Part shown: piece by piece, positions 48,521-58,094 of the stretch
Layout of the letters: every line of letters begins with the position of its first letter
Numbering within the stretch: position 1 is the first letter of the stretch
NCBI GenBank assembly: GCA_963801185.1
Contig: CAWDDW010000003.1
Coordinates: forward strand, 412,893 to 476,892
Source: an uncultured Acidimicrobiaceae bacterium
GTDB taxonomy: Bacteria; Actinomycetota; Acidimicrobiia; Acidimicrobiales; Bog-793
Length of the DNA stretch: 64,000 bases
Reading direction: 5' to 3'
Program-made: the position numbers and the translations under genes
The notes under the pieces: generated by a model
Database searches by the model: none
Told to the model about the DNA's origin: nothing
The model's input: the letters and a program-made list of their open reading frames with translations, nothing else

Positions 48521-49852
48521 GTGGTGACCGTCCCAGCCGACCTCGAGGCTCGAGCGCGTGAGATAGCTCGCAGAATTCTGCTCGAACCGTTCACCAAGCG
48601 GACCTGGTCAGAGCTCTTCTTCCTCGTAATAGGAGCGGCGCTCGCAGGTGCCGGCTTTGCTCTGGTCGCACTCACGATGGCGGCGGGGGTGATCTTCGCC
48701 ATCACGTTCTTCGGGCTCGCCATCATCGGTCTCTCCATCCGCGGCGCAAGAGGAATCGGCGGGATCCAACGGGGGATGGCTCGAGGGCTCCTTGGCGAAG
48801 AGATCGAAGAACCTGATCCGTTCGCGCCGCGCCCGGGATTTCTCGGATGGCTTCAGTCGGCGCTGCGCGACCGCACGGCTTGGCGGGCGATGGCCTACCT
48901 GATCCTGAAGGTCCCCTTGGCGATCTTCGGGATCCTGACAGCGTTCAGCGTGTGGTTCGATGCGTTCACTTGCCTTGCGTACCCTTTCGGAGGCGCGAAT
49001 CAACCCCAGGAATTCGGTCTGGCCCGGACCCTCTTCCAACCGGGGTACTTCTCGATCGGAAGGCCGGGGTGGATCCATGGGATGGCCATCTTCTTCACCG
49101 GGGCGATACTGCTCTTCGTCGCTCCCTGGGCCGTTCGGGTAGTCGTCTACATCGACCGATTCTTGATGCGTGCACTGCTTGGCCCAGATGCCGTGGCGGT
49201 CCGGGTGCGTTCTCTCGAACACGCTCGTGCTCAGACCGTCGACGCGTCAGCCGCCACTCTGCGACAGATCGAGCGGGACCTGCACGATGGCACTCAAGCG
49301 CAGCTGGTCGCTCTTGCCATGCGGCTCGGGATGGCAAAGGAGAAACTGGCAGACACCGACCAACTCGACCTCGACCAAGTCCGCGGGCTCGTGGACGACG
49401 CACATCGCGAAGCCAAGGAGGCCATTGTCGAGTTGCGAGACCTCGCCCGTGGGATCCACCCTCCTGCTCTCGACATCGGTCTCGAAGGCGCACTTTCCAC
49501 CTTGGCGGCACGCAGCTCGGTCCCGACCGAGCTCGCCATTACTCTCAACGTGCGCCCGACTCCTGCCATCGAGGCAATCGCCTACTTCTGCGTGGCGGAG
49601 CTCCTTGCGAACGTGGCCCAGCACGCCAATGCCTCTCGAGCGGGGATCACTTGTGCGCAACACGGCGGGTGGTTGCGCTTGGTGGTACGCGATGACGGAG
49701 TGGGCGGGGCGCGACCTTCGCGGGTCGGGTCTGCGTCGAGCGGATTGACCGGCCTCACCGATCGAGTGCGCGCCGTCGACGGACGATTCGACATCGTCAG
49801 CCCAGCGGGCGGGCCCACGGTCGTCACCGTTGACCTGCCGCTTCACGCCTAG
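48521..49852 (+). CDS. sensor histidine kinase (HisKA_3 / NarL-partner type) with N-terminal membrane sensor region
   Basis: The H-box is RDLHDGTQAQLVAL. The ATPase motifs are AELLANVAQHA and DDGVGGA...GLTGLTDRV. The N-terminal half has four or more TM helices. Confidence 0.9.
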   Translation: MVTVPADLEARAREIARRILLEPFTKRTWSELFFLVIGAALAGAGFALVALTMAAGVIFAITFFGLAIIGLSIRGARGIGGIQRGMARGLLGEEIEEPDPFAPRPGFLGWLQSALRDRTAWRAMAYLILKVPLAIFGILTAFSVWFDAFTCLAYPFGGANQPQEFGLARTLFQPGYFSIGRPGWIHGMAIFFTGAILLFVAPWAVRVVVYIDRFLMRALLGPDAVAVRVRSLEHARAQTVDASAATLRQIERDLHDGTQAQLVALAMRLGMAKEKLADTDQLDLDQVRGLVDDAHREAKEAIVELRDLARGIHPPALDIGLEGALSTLAARSSVPTELAITLNVRPTPAIEAIAYFCVAELLANVAQHANASRAGITCAQHGGWLRLVVRDDGVGGARPSRVGSASSGLTGLTDRVRAVDGRFDIVSPAGGPTVVTVDLPLHA

Positions 49853-50510
49853 ATGACGGCACCGATACGCGTGGTCATCGCCGAGGACTCGGCCATCTTG
49901 CGAGACGGCTTGGTCCAGCTGCTCGTCGATCGGGGTCTTGTCGTCACCGACGCAGTGAGCGAACCCGAAGCATTGAAAGCGTCGGTCGAGCGGGCCTGTC
50001 CCGACGTGGCCATCGTCGACATCCGCATGCCGCCCACCTTCACCGACGAGGGTTTACGAGCCGCCATCGATCTTCGTCGGCTGCACAAGGGACTTGGGAT
50101 CCTGATGTTCTCCCAATACATCGAGACTCGCTACGCCTCAGAGCTGCTGGCCGGCGGTGCGACGGGCATCGGATACCTCCTGAAAGATCGCGTTGCCGAC
50201 GTGAGCGACTTCGTCGAAGCCCTCGCGCGAGTTGCATCTGGGGGCACCGCCCTCGACCCGGAAGTCGTCACCCAACTCCTGGGGGCCTCTCATCGGGCAG
50301 ACTCGATCTCGGTGTTGAGCGTTCGGGAGAAGGAGGTGCTCTCGTTGATGGCAGAGGGTCGGTCCAACGTGGCGATCGCTGGCGCGCTGCGTAATTTCCG
50401 AAGGCGCGGTCGAAAAGCATGTCGCCAACATCTTCACGAAGCTCGACCTACCCGTGTCTCAGTCCGATCATCGCCGGGTCCTGGCCGTATTGCGCTTCCT
50501 CGACTCTTGA
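49853..50510 (+). pseudogene. NarL/LuxR-family response regulator, frame broken once in the HTH as given
   Basis: The receiver is VVIAEDSAILRDGL...VAIVDIRMPP...GYLLKD. The track ORF then reads ...SNVAIAGALRNFRRRGRK (nonsense). The next frame reads VISEGAVEKHVANIFTKLDLPVSQSDHRRVLAVLRFLDS and stops at 50508-50510. The break is at about 50388-50392. Confidence 0.85.
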
Positions 50511-50599
50511 CCTGGAGATCGAGTGAGGATCCGTCGGTCGACTGACCGTCCGTCGGGCGCCCCGCTTCACTGTGACTAGTCTCAAGATTCAGATCAACC

Positions 50600-53116
50600 A
50601 TGCCGATATCTCTTCAGGGTTTCGTGGCGCAACCGACCATGGCATCCGGAGAAGAAGTGGGCTCGAGCGAGCCCGAGGGGAGAACCGGTCAAATGACCGG
50701 AGACGCGAGGGTCAATCAGATGGCGTCTGGGATGGGGACGGTGGCGGGAGTTGCCGTTCGACCCGTGATGGACCTAAGTGACCGTCGAGTCATCGCTTAT
50801 CAGGCGAGCCCACGGACTGCTGGAGGTGAGGCCTCCCCGGCAGCGCTCCTCGACGCCGCCCTCTCGCTCGCGACCTCGGCGTCCCCGGCCCCGCTCCTCG
50901 TGCATGTCGACCCCGGACTGCTCGTCAGCCCGACGTTCGACCCCATCGCCCATGCAAGGGCTGCGAAGTGTGCTCCCTCTGAAGTCGTCTGGATGCTGCC
51001 AGAACCAAGACGCGGGATGGCGGACGAGCCCGACCCGCCCGAGGCACGTATCCTCGCGGCCGCGGTACGGCGGAACGCCGCCATCCTGCCGCGAGGCGGG
51101 CTTCCGGGTGGGCCTCGACGGCGTGGGCGTGCTCACCGTGTCGTGGGCGGAGGTGGTGGACGCGAGGCCGGCGTTTCTCCTCATGGAGCCGGGAGCTCAC
51201 CTCCCGGCCCTTCGACGAGGGCTACAAGGCCGCGCTCGCCGGTCTCCTGGCCTTCGCCGGGCGGTTGGGGGCCCGCCTCGTCGCTCAGGGCATAACCAGC
51301 GATGAGGCCGCGCGGCATTTCATGGATGTCGGCGTCTTCTACGGGATCGGCGACTACCTGCACGGCCCGGTCGTGCTTGACGACCAGCTTGCTATAGAGG
51401 GGGACGCCGTCGTCCGCCCGTCCTGGTTCCGGGAGCGCGCGGTCCGCCGGCTCTCCACCGCTGTCGACGAGGGCGGCGTCCGCTACGTGCCGACACCTCC
51501 CCACCCAGTCGAGATCGACGACCGCCGCCTGGCCAACCTCCTCGCCGAGTGGTCGGGCCAGCTGTCGAACTCCGAGGATCCCTCGACAGTGCTCTCGTCG
51601 CTGGCTGACATCGTCCCGCAGCTCGTCGGCTTCGATCGTCTCGCCATCTTCGAAGCTGACTGGGACCGGTACGTCTTCCGGCCGAAAGTACTCATCGGCG
51701 AAGAGCTCCAGCCGCTCGTCGAGATCACGCACACCTTGAACACCGGCATCACGGGCTGGGCCTTCCTGCAGGGGGAACCGTACAGGTGCGGACGGACGAC
51801 GGACCATCCCGAAGCCGCCCCGATCCCAGGCCAGGAGTCCGACGACGAGTCGCTGCTCGTCATCCCGCTCACTTCCGGCGACCGGCGCCTCGGAGTGCTC
51901 GACGTGTGGCGCGACGGTGCGGACCGGTTCTCGGACCATGACCTCGAGCGAGCCATACTGCTCGGGAAGCTGGGTGCCGATGCCTGGCGCAGCGCCGAGC
52001 AGCGCGCCGACCTCGCCGAGCGTGTCGTCACCGACAACGTGACGGGACTGTTGAACAAGCGGTGGTGGGACGAGCTCGCTCCCCGAGAGGCCGCCCAGGC
52101 GCTCCGCACGAAGAGCAGCATCGCCGTCATGCTGGTCGACCTCGACGGGTTCAAGGCCGTGAACGACTCGTACGGGCACGCGGCCGGCGACAACGTCCTG
52201 AAACACGTGTCACGAGAAGCTCGGCTCGGTGGTCCGATCCGGCGACGCCGTCATCCGCTACGGCGGTGACGAATTCATCCTCCTGCTGCGAGACTGCGAC
52301 GAGACCGGGGCCATCGACGTGGCGACCGAGGTCCAGGTCGCGCTGGCGCGCGTGCCGGGCCCCGGCGGAGGTGACTCCCCCGTAACGGCTTCCATCGGCA
52401 TCTCGCTGTTCCCAGAGCATGGCCCTACGCTCGAGGACGTCGCCATCAACGCTGACACGGCGATGTACCGGGCGAAGGCTTCGGGACGGGACCAAGTGGT
52501 CTGCTTCAGCCCGCCGGACAGTCTCGACGGCGCGGAGGAAGCCGCTGTGACCGAGATCGCGGCGAACGAACCGACGGTGGATGCTGCGGTGAGAGCGGCA
52601 GTGGATGCCGCTGTCGATGCCGCGGTGGAAGCAGCCCTGTCCCAGCCCATGGCGCCCGAGGCCTTCCCGAGCAGCGACAGTGCGTCCACTGGGTGGCCTC
52701 TGCCCGGCGCTGCCGTCGCCCCGCAACCGCAGCTGCGGCAGGAACTGCAGAATCAGTACCGCCGGCTCGAGGTTGCCCAGCAGGTTGCGCGCGTCGGCAG
52801 CTTCGAGATGGACCTCGGCTCGGCCACCCTTCAGTTCTCCGCCGGGTTCCGCCGCATCCTCGGCATCGCTCCGGACGAAGAACCGGCGATCGCCACCATC
52901 GTCGATCGCATCCATCCCGACGACTTGACGCGGTACGCCGAGGCCCTGAGGAAGTGGGTCGAGGCCGGCGAAGGGCAATTCGAGCTCGGCTTCCGCTTCC
53001 TCTCCCCCGACGGGCAAGTGCGACCGGTCTTCATGCGGCAGATGGTCCGGGAGCTCGACGACGGCAGGCGACTGCTCACCGGCACCTTCCAGGAGCTCGC
53101 CGACCCGGCCTACTGA
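50600..53116 (+). pseudogene. degenerate-EAL - GAF - GGDEF - PAS c-di-GMP signalling protein, frame broken three times as given
   Basis: The pieces are as follows.
- Frame 2 from 50600: VAVRPVMDLSDRRVIAYQAS...
- Frame 3 from about 51090: REAGFRVGLDGVGVLTVSWAEVVDARPAFLLMEP
- Frame 1 from about 51191: ELTSRPFDEGYKAALAGLLAFAGRLGARLVAQGITSDE..., then GAF, then LLNKRWWDEL...MLVDLDGFKAVNDSYGHAAGDNVLKHV
- Frame 2 from about 52210: HEKLGSVVRSGDAVIRYGGDEFILLL...ADTAMYRAKASG..., then PAS (FRFLSPDGQVRPVFMRQ)

The start is uncertain. Confidence 0.8.
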
Positions 53117-53170
53117 ACGTCCCGTCGAAGCGCCCGACCCTAACGCTTCGAAATGGGGCAGAATCGCCGG

Positions 53171-54409
53171 ATGCCTGACGAGATCGAGGTCTTCGGCACC
53201 CAGTGGTGCGGCGACTGCAAGCGAGCGAAGCAGTTCTTCGGTGAACAGCGCATCCACTACCGCTTCACCGACGTCGACATGGACCCCGAAGGCCTCGCCT
53301 ACGTCGAGAAGGTGAACGCCGGCAAGCGGATCATCCCGGTGATCCGCTTCACGGACGGCTCGACGCTCGTCGAGCCCTCGAACGCCGATCTGGCGGCCAA
53401 GCTCGGGATACAGACGAGCGCCGCTCGGAGCTTCTACGACCTCATCGTCGTCGGGAGCGGGCCGGCGGGCCTCACGGCTGCCCTCTATGCCGCTCGCGAA
53501 GGAATCGAGACGCTCGTCATCGAGCGGGGAGGCGTGGGAGGGCAAGCGGGGATCACCGAGCGCCTCGACAACTATCCCGGCTTCCCCGAAGGTGTCACTG
53601 GTGACGAGTTCGCGGACCGGTTGCGGCGCCAGGCCGAGCGTTTCGGCGTCGAGATCCTGAGCGCGCAAGAGGTGACCGGCGTCGGCGTGGACCGGAGCTG
53701 GCGCCGCGTCCGGACTGCCGACGGCGCCGAATACAGCTCGTACGCCGTGCTGCTCGCTCTCGGCTCGACCTACCGTCGACTCGGGGTACCCGGGGAGGAG
53801 GACTTCATCGGCGCGGGCGTGCACTTCTGTGCCACCTGCGACGGGGCCTTTTACCGCGGTGAGGACGTGCTCGTTGTCGGCGGGGGCAACTCGGCAGGCG
53901 AAGAAGGGCTCTTCCTCACTCGCTTCGCCCGTCACGTCACCATCGCGACCCGCGACGCCGAGCTCACCGCGAGCAAAGTCGTCATCGACAAGGTGAACGA
54001 GCATCCCGACATCGACGTGCTGACGAACGTCAACACCGTCGAGCTGCGAGGCGGGAGCCACCTCGAGACGGTCGTCGTCGAGGACTCCGGTACCGGTGAG
54101 CGGAGCGAGCTCCACCCGGCCGGCATGTTCGTGTTCATCGGCCTCACCCCCAACACCGAGATAGTGAGCGGGTTGGTGGAGCGCGATGGTCAGGGTTTCT
54201 TGACTACCGACGCCGGGATGCAGACCTCCGTGCTCGGCGTGTTCGCTGCGGGCGATGCCCGCTCGGGCAGTACCAAACAGGCCGCTTCGGCGGCAGGCGA
54301 GGGCGCCGCAGCCGCCATCGCGATCCGCCGCTACCTCGAGCCTCTCGCGGGAGGAATGCCTGAGCCGCAGCTCGACCGCAAGGGCATGCCAGCCGTCATG
54401 GAGGTCTGA
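53171..54409 (+). CDS. glutaredoxin-like domain fused to thioredoxin-disulfide reductase
   Basis: The N-terminal roughly 85 aa, EIEVFGTQWCGDCKRAKQFF...IPVIRFTDGSTLVEPS, have a CxxC thioredoxin fold. TrxR follows: YDLIVVGSGPAGLTAALYAAR (FAD), the redox-active HFCATCDG, VVGGGNSAGEEG (NADPH) and GVFAAGD. The track start is 53153. Confidence 0.85.
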   Translation: MPDEIEVFGTQWCGDCKRAKQFFGEQRIHYRFTDVDMDPEGLAYVEKVNAGKRIIPVIRFTDGSTLVEPSNADLAAKLGIQTSAARSFYDLIVVGSGPAGLTAALYAAREGIETLVIERGGVGGQAGITERLDNYPGFPEGVTGDEFADRLRRQAERFGVEILSAQEVTGVGVDRSWRRVRTADGAEYSSYAVLLALGSTYRRLGVPGEEDFIGAGVHFCATCDGAFYRGEDVLVVGGGNSAGEEGLFLTRFARHVTIATRDAELTASKVVIDKVNEHPDIDVLTNVNTVELRGGSHLETVVVEDSGTGERSELHPAGMFVFIGLTPNTEIVSGLVERDGQGFLTTDAGMQTSVLGVFAAGDARSGSTKQAASAAGEGAAAAIAIRRYLEPLAGGMPEPQLDRKGMPAVMEV

Positions 54410-54437
54410 AGACACCCTCCGGCGGGATGCCAGGGGC

Positions 54438-54758
54438 TCAGCGCTGAACGACCTTCACTGCCGTCCCGTACGCGCAGATCTCGGTCCAGGCGTCGCCCAT
54501 CTCCGATGTGTCGAAACGCATGGCCACAACGGCATTGGCGCCGCGCTGCGCGGCCGCTTCGGCCATCCGCTGGATGACCTCCTGCCGGCTCGCCTCGAGG
54601 TTCTTAGTCATCCCCTTCAGCTCCCCGCCGAACATGGACTTGAGGCCTGCTCCCATTTGGGAGAATGCGTTCCTCGACCGGACTGTCAGGCCGAAGACCT
54701 CGCCGAGGGTCTCGATTATGTCGTAACCGGGCAGTTCGTTCGTCGTCGCGATGATCAC
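54438..54758 (-). CDS. YbjQ/UPF0145 family (heavy-metal-binding-like) protein
   Basis: From the GTG at 54756-54758 the protein reads VIIATTNELPGYDIIETLGEVFGLTVRSRN...NAVVAMRFDTSEMG...AYGTAVKV. At 106 aa this is the family-typical size. The 395-aa track ORF is an over-extension. Confidence 0.8.
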   Translation of the reverse strand: MIIATTNELPGYDIIETLGEVFGLTVRSRNAFSQMGAGLKSMFGGELKGMTKNLEASRQEVIQRMAEAAAQRGANAVVAMRFDTSEMGDAWTEICAYGTAVKVVQR

Positions 54759-54822
54759 GGGCGCAAGGGTACTCGGACCAGTCGCAGTAGGACATGACAG
54801 TGCGACCCCTAGGATCACGCCC

Positions 54823-55494
54823 ATGACGACGGACGTGGAGACGCAGGCGTACCGCCAATACCGCTTCAAGCTCCCACCAGATGCGACTGAGATCCTCCTC
54901 GTCCGGCACGGCGAGACCATCCCGTTCGCGGACGTGCCGTTCCCTCTCGTCGACGGGCAAGGGGACCCGGAGCTCGCGCCTGAAGGGCGCGCGCAGGCAG
55001 AGCGGCTGGCGGACCGGCTGGAAGATGACGGGCCGTTCGACGCGATATACGTGACCACTTTGCGGCGCACGCTCAAGACCGCCATGCCGCTCGCCGAGCG
55101 CCTCGGCCTCGAGCCGATCGTCGAGCCGGAGCTGCGCGAGGTCATGCTCGGGGAGTGGGAGGGCGGTGCCTTCCGCAAGCACACGGCGGAGGGCAACCCT
55201 ATGGCTCTCGAGATGTACCGCCAGGAGCGATGGGACGTCATTCCCGGCGCGGAGAGCAGCGAGGCTTTCAGAGCCCGCCTGAGGGTTGGCATCGAGCGGA
55301 TCGCAGCCGCACATGTGGGAAGCCGTGTAGTAGCCGTCTCCCACGGTGGCGCCATCGGGACGATCCTCGCGATGGCGACCAGCTCTCGCCCGTTCGCCTT
55401 CGTCGGCGGGGACAACGCCGGAATCTCGATCCTCGTCGTGATCAAAGACCAGTGGATGGTGCGTGGCTTCAACGAAGTGAGCCACCTGCGCTGA
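54823..55494 (+). CDS. histidine phosphatase family protein (phosphoglycerate mutase-like)
   Basis: The motifs are EILLVRHGET (RHG) and VVAVSHGGAIG. The start MTTDVETQ is at 54823. Confidence 0.85.
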   Translation: MTTDVETQAYRQYRFKLPPDATEILLVRHGETIPFADVPFPLVDGQGDPELAPEGRAQAERLADRLEDDGPFDAIYVTTLRRTLKTAMPLAERLGLEPIVEPELREVMLGEWEGGAFRKHTAEGNPMALEMYRQERWDVIPGAESSEAFRARLRVGIERIAAAHVGSRVVAVSHGGAIGTILAMATSSRPFAFVGGDNAGISILVVIKDQWMVRGFNEVSHLR

Positions 55495-55562
55495 CTGGTG
55501 CGGCTGACCTGCGCTGACCTGCGCTGACTGGCTCTGACCGGCAGGGCTGAACGCCGGACCAT
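55495..55562. repeat. degenerate tandem array of six 10-14 nt units ending in CTGA(A)C
   Basis: Read directly: cCTGCGCTGAC / tggtgcggCTGAC / CTGCGCTGAC / CTGCGCTGAC / tggctCTGAC / cggcagggCTGAAC. The array starts at the stop codon of the phosphatase gene. Confidence 0.8.
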
Positions 55563-55599
55563 CCGCGTGACTGTCACACCCCCCGCGTATGTTGCCTTC

Positions 55600-56379
55600 A
55601 TGGCCTGGTACGACAGCCCGCTCATCGGCCTCGACTTCGAGACGACGGGAGTCGATCCGACGAGCGACTTGCCGGTTCAGGTCGCCCTCGTCTGGTGTGA
55701 CGGCAGGGGCGGCCGCCAGCGGGCTGCCTGGCTCGTCAACCCCGGCTGCGAGATCCCCGAAGAGGCGATCGCCGTCCACGGAATCTCGACCGAACGGGCG
55801 TGCCGGGAAGGGATCTCCCTCGAGCACACGGCTTATCGCGTCCATCGGGAACTCCTGAAAGCAGCGCGCGAAGGAGTGCCGCTCGTTGCGATGAACGCGA
55901 GCTTCGACGTCACGATCGCGGCGTGCCTGTTCGCCCGCGCCGGGCTGCCGGCACTTTCATGGGACCTCGTGATCGATCCGCTCGTCATCGACCGGCGCGT
56001 GGACAAGTACCGGAAGGGAAAGCGCCGCCTCGACGCCCTCTGCGAGACCTACGGAATCCACCTCGAGAACGCCCACGACGCCGGGCACGACGCCGAAGCC
56101 GCCGTCTCGCTCGCTCGCGAGATCGGCCGGAGATGGCCCGAAGCCGGAACTCTCGACCCCGAGGAGCTGACGGTCTTTCAGCGGGCTTGGCAGCACAACT
56201 GGGCGGTCGACTTCAACGACTGGTGCATCAGCGAGGGGCGCCCGGGGCTCAGCCCGGAAGAGTACTTCTGGCCTGTCCGAGCGGTCGCTCAGCCCCCTAG
56301 CGAATCGAGGACGATGTCGACATCGCTCTCGGTGGACTGCGGGTTGACGACCGCGATGCGGATGGCGACCTCTCCTTGA
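55600..56379 (+). CDS. DEDDh 3'-5' exonuclease (DnaQ/epsilon-like)
   Basis: Exo I is LIGLDFETTGVD, Exo II is LVAMNASFDV and Exo III is HDAGHDAEAA. The last 91 nt overlap the convergent decarboxylase gene, so the true C-terminus is uncertain. Confidence 0.85.
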   Translation: MAWYDSPLIGLDFETTGVDPTSDLPVQVALVWCDGRGGRQRAAWLVNPGCEIPEEAIAVHGISTERACREGISLEHTAYRVHRELLKAAREGVPLVAMNASFDVTIAACLFARAGLPALSWDLVIDPLVIDRRVDKYRKGKRRLDALCETYGIHLENAHDAGHDAEAAVSLAREIGRRWPEAGTLDPEELTVFQRAWQHNWAVDFNDWCISEGRPGLSPEEYFWPVRAVAQPPSESRTMSTSLSVDCGLTTAMRMATSP

Positions 56380-57666
56380 TGGGTCGTCGGTACGACGAAG
56401 GCGGTCCCGCTCACCAACAGCTCTGCTGACCACTCGTAGTAGCGGGCCTCGCTCCATCCGGTTCGCCGGAACGCCACAACCGACAAGGGAGGCTCGCCGA
56501 TCAGCTCTAGGTGGTCGCTCTCCCGGACCCGCCGGGTGGCGTGCTCCGCCACCTTCAAGGTGTGCTCGATCGCACCCGAGTACGCATCGGTCCCGTACGA
56601 AGCGAGCGAGAACCAGAACGGCAGCCCCCTCGCCCGCCGGGTGAGATGAAGTGCGTAGTCCGACGGGCTCCAGTCCTCGCCGGTGCGGAGCGGCTCGAGG
56701 TAAGCGGCGTGCTGGGAGTGGGCTTCGAGGGCCGCCTGCGGGTCCCGGTAGATCAACGCCGCACAGTCGAACGGGGCGAAGAGCCACTTGTGCGGATCGA
56801 CGACGAAGGAGTCGGCAGTCTCTATGCCTTTGAAAAGAGCCCGCCTGCTCGGGGCGGCGAGCGCCGCTGCGCCGTACGCACCGTCGACATGCAGCCACAG
56901 CCCGCGCTTTCGTGCCTCTGCCGACACGCTCTCGAGGTCGTCCACGATGCCGAGGTTGGTCGTACCAGCAGTCGCGACCACGGCGAACGCAGCGCGCCCG
57001 GGGTACGCGGCGGCCGACTTGTCGAGCGCGTCCGCCAGCGCCGCGCCCGTGAGGCGCCCGGCCGTATCGGGCTCCACACCAATCACGTCCACGTCCATAG
57101 CGTGAGCAGCGCTCGAGATCGACGAGTGCGCCTCCATGCTGGCGGCCACGGCGAAGCGACGAGGCGGTGGCCGCTCCTCCTCGAGGCACCGGACGGTCTC
57201 CCGGTGCCTCGCGGCGATCAGGGCGGAGACGTTGCCGAGCGTGCCGCCTTGGACGAAGACACCCCCGGCGCTGTCGGGAAAGCCGGCGAGAGCCGCGAGC
57301 CACGCCAGGGCCTCGTTCTCGGCGTAGACCGCGCCAGCGCCCTCCATCCAGCTCCCGCCGTAGATCGACGACGCGCCGACGACGAGGTCGAACAGCGTGC
57401 TCGCCGGCGTGGGGGCACACGGGATGAAGGCGAAGTAACGCGGGTGGTCGATCGAGATGCACGCCGGCGCCAGGACATCGGCGAAGATGCGGAGGGCTTC
57501 GGTGCCCCCGATGCCACCGGGCGTGATCGTCGGTCCGGCTCCGGCTCGGAGGCTCCTCAGGAGAACGAGGCCCGTCAAGCGGTGGCGGTCGCATGTGAAG
57601 GCGGGCACGTGTGTACGCCATCACGTCAGCGGCCAACCTCTCGGTCTCCTCGGTCCACTCGTGCAC
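56289..57666 (-). pseudogene. PLP-dependent group II amino-acid decarboxylase, frame broken once near the N-terminus as given
   Basis: ORF 55957-57666 starts MHEWTEETERLAADVMAYTRARLHMRPPPLDGPRSPEE and then becomes nonsense. ORF 56289-57608 continues LRAGAGPTITPGGIGGTEALRIF...DHPRYFAFIP...LHVDGAYG...SFVVDPHKW, which contains the PLP Lys. The break is at the CC at about 57551. Confidence 0.85.
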
Positions 57667-57732
57667 GGAAGCCTCCTTGCGTCCGACTGCGGACGCGGAC
57701 TGCCTATCACGGCAGGCCCGCCGTCTGACCCC

Positions 57733-58059
57733 TCAGCCGAGCCGCGCTGCCGCCTTCTCGGCCAGCTCCGCCAGCGCTAGGTCGAGCTCCGTGACGCCGC
57801 CGGCGTCGTGGGTGCTCAACACGACGTGCACGCGGTTGTAGACGTTGGACCACTCGGGATGGTGGTTCATCTTCTCGGCGTGCAGCGCCACGGCAGTCAT
57901 GAACGAGAACGCCTCGACGAACCCGGAGAAACTGAACTCCCTCTCGACGCACCACCCCTTCCCCGGCACGTCGGTGACTCTCCACGCCGCCAAGCTGCCC
58001 ACCGACGACAGGCGTCGCTCGATCTCGGCTGGCTCAAGGGGTGCTCTCGAAAGGGCCAT
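57733..58059 (-). CDS. pterin-4-alpha-carbinolamine dehydratase (PCD/DCoH)
   Basis: The start [10 protein letters not shown] is at ATG 58057-58059. The motif is [35 protein letters not shown]. The ORF is 108 aa. Confidence 0.85.
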
Positions 58060-58094
58060 CCCCGATGATCGCACTCGGCACGCTACCGTGCCAC

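Noticed and set aside
52151-54415. A 754-aa minus-strand ORF, with similar long ORFs at 7125-8129, 7795-9627, 16645-17949, 38213-39445, 39346-40377, 41284-42426, 56511-57728, 62693-63781 and 62790-63938.
   Set aside because: All are antisense or out of frame relative to genes with clear family motifs. Their translations are Arg/Pro/Gly/Ala-rich low-complexity strings typical of non-coding frames in very GC-rich DNA. None shows a recognisable motif.
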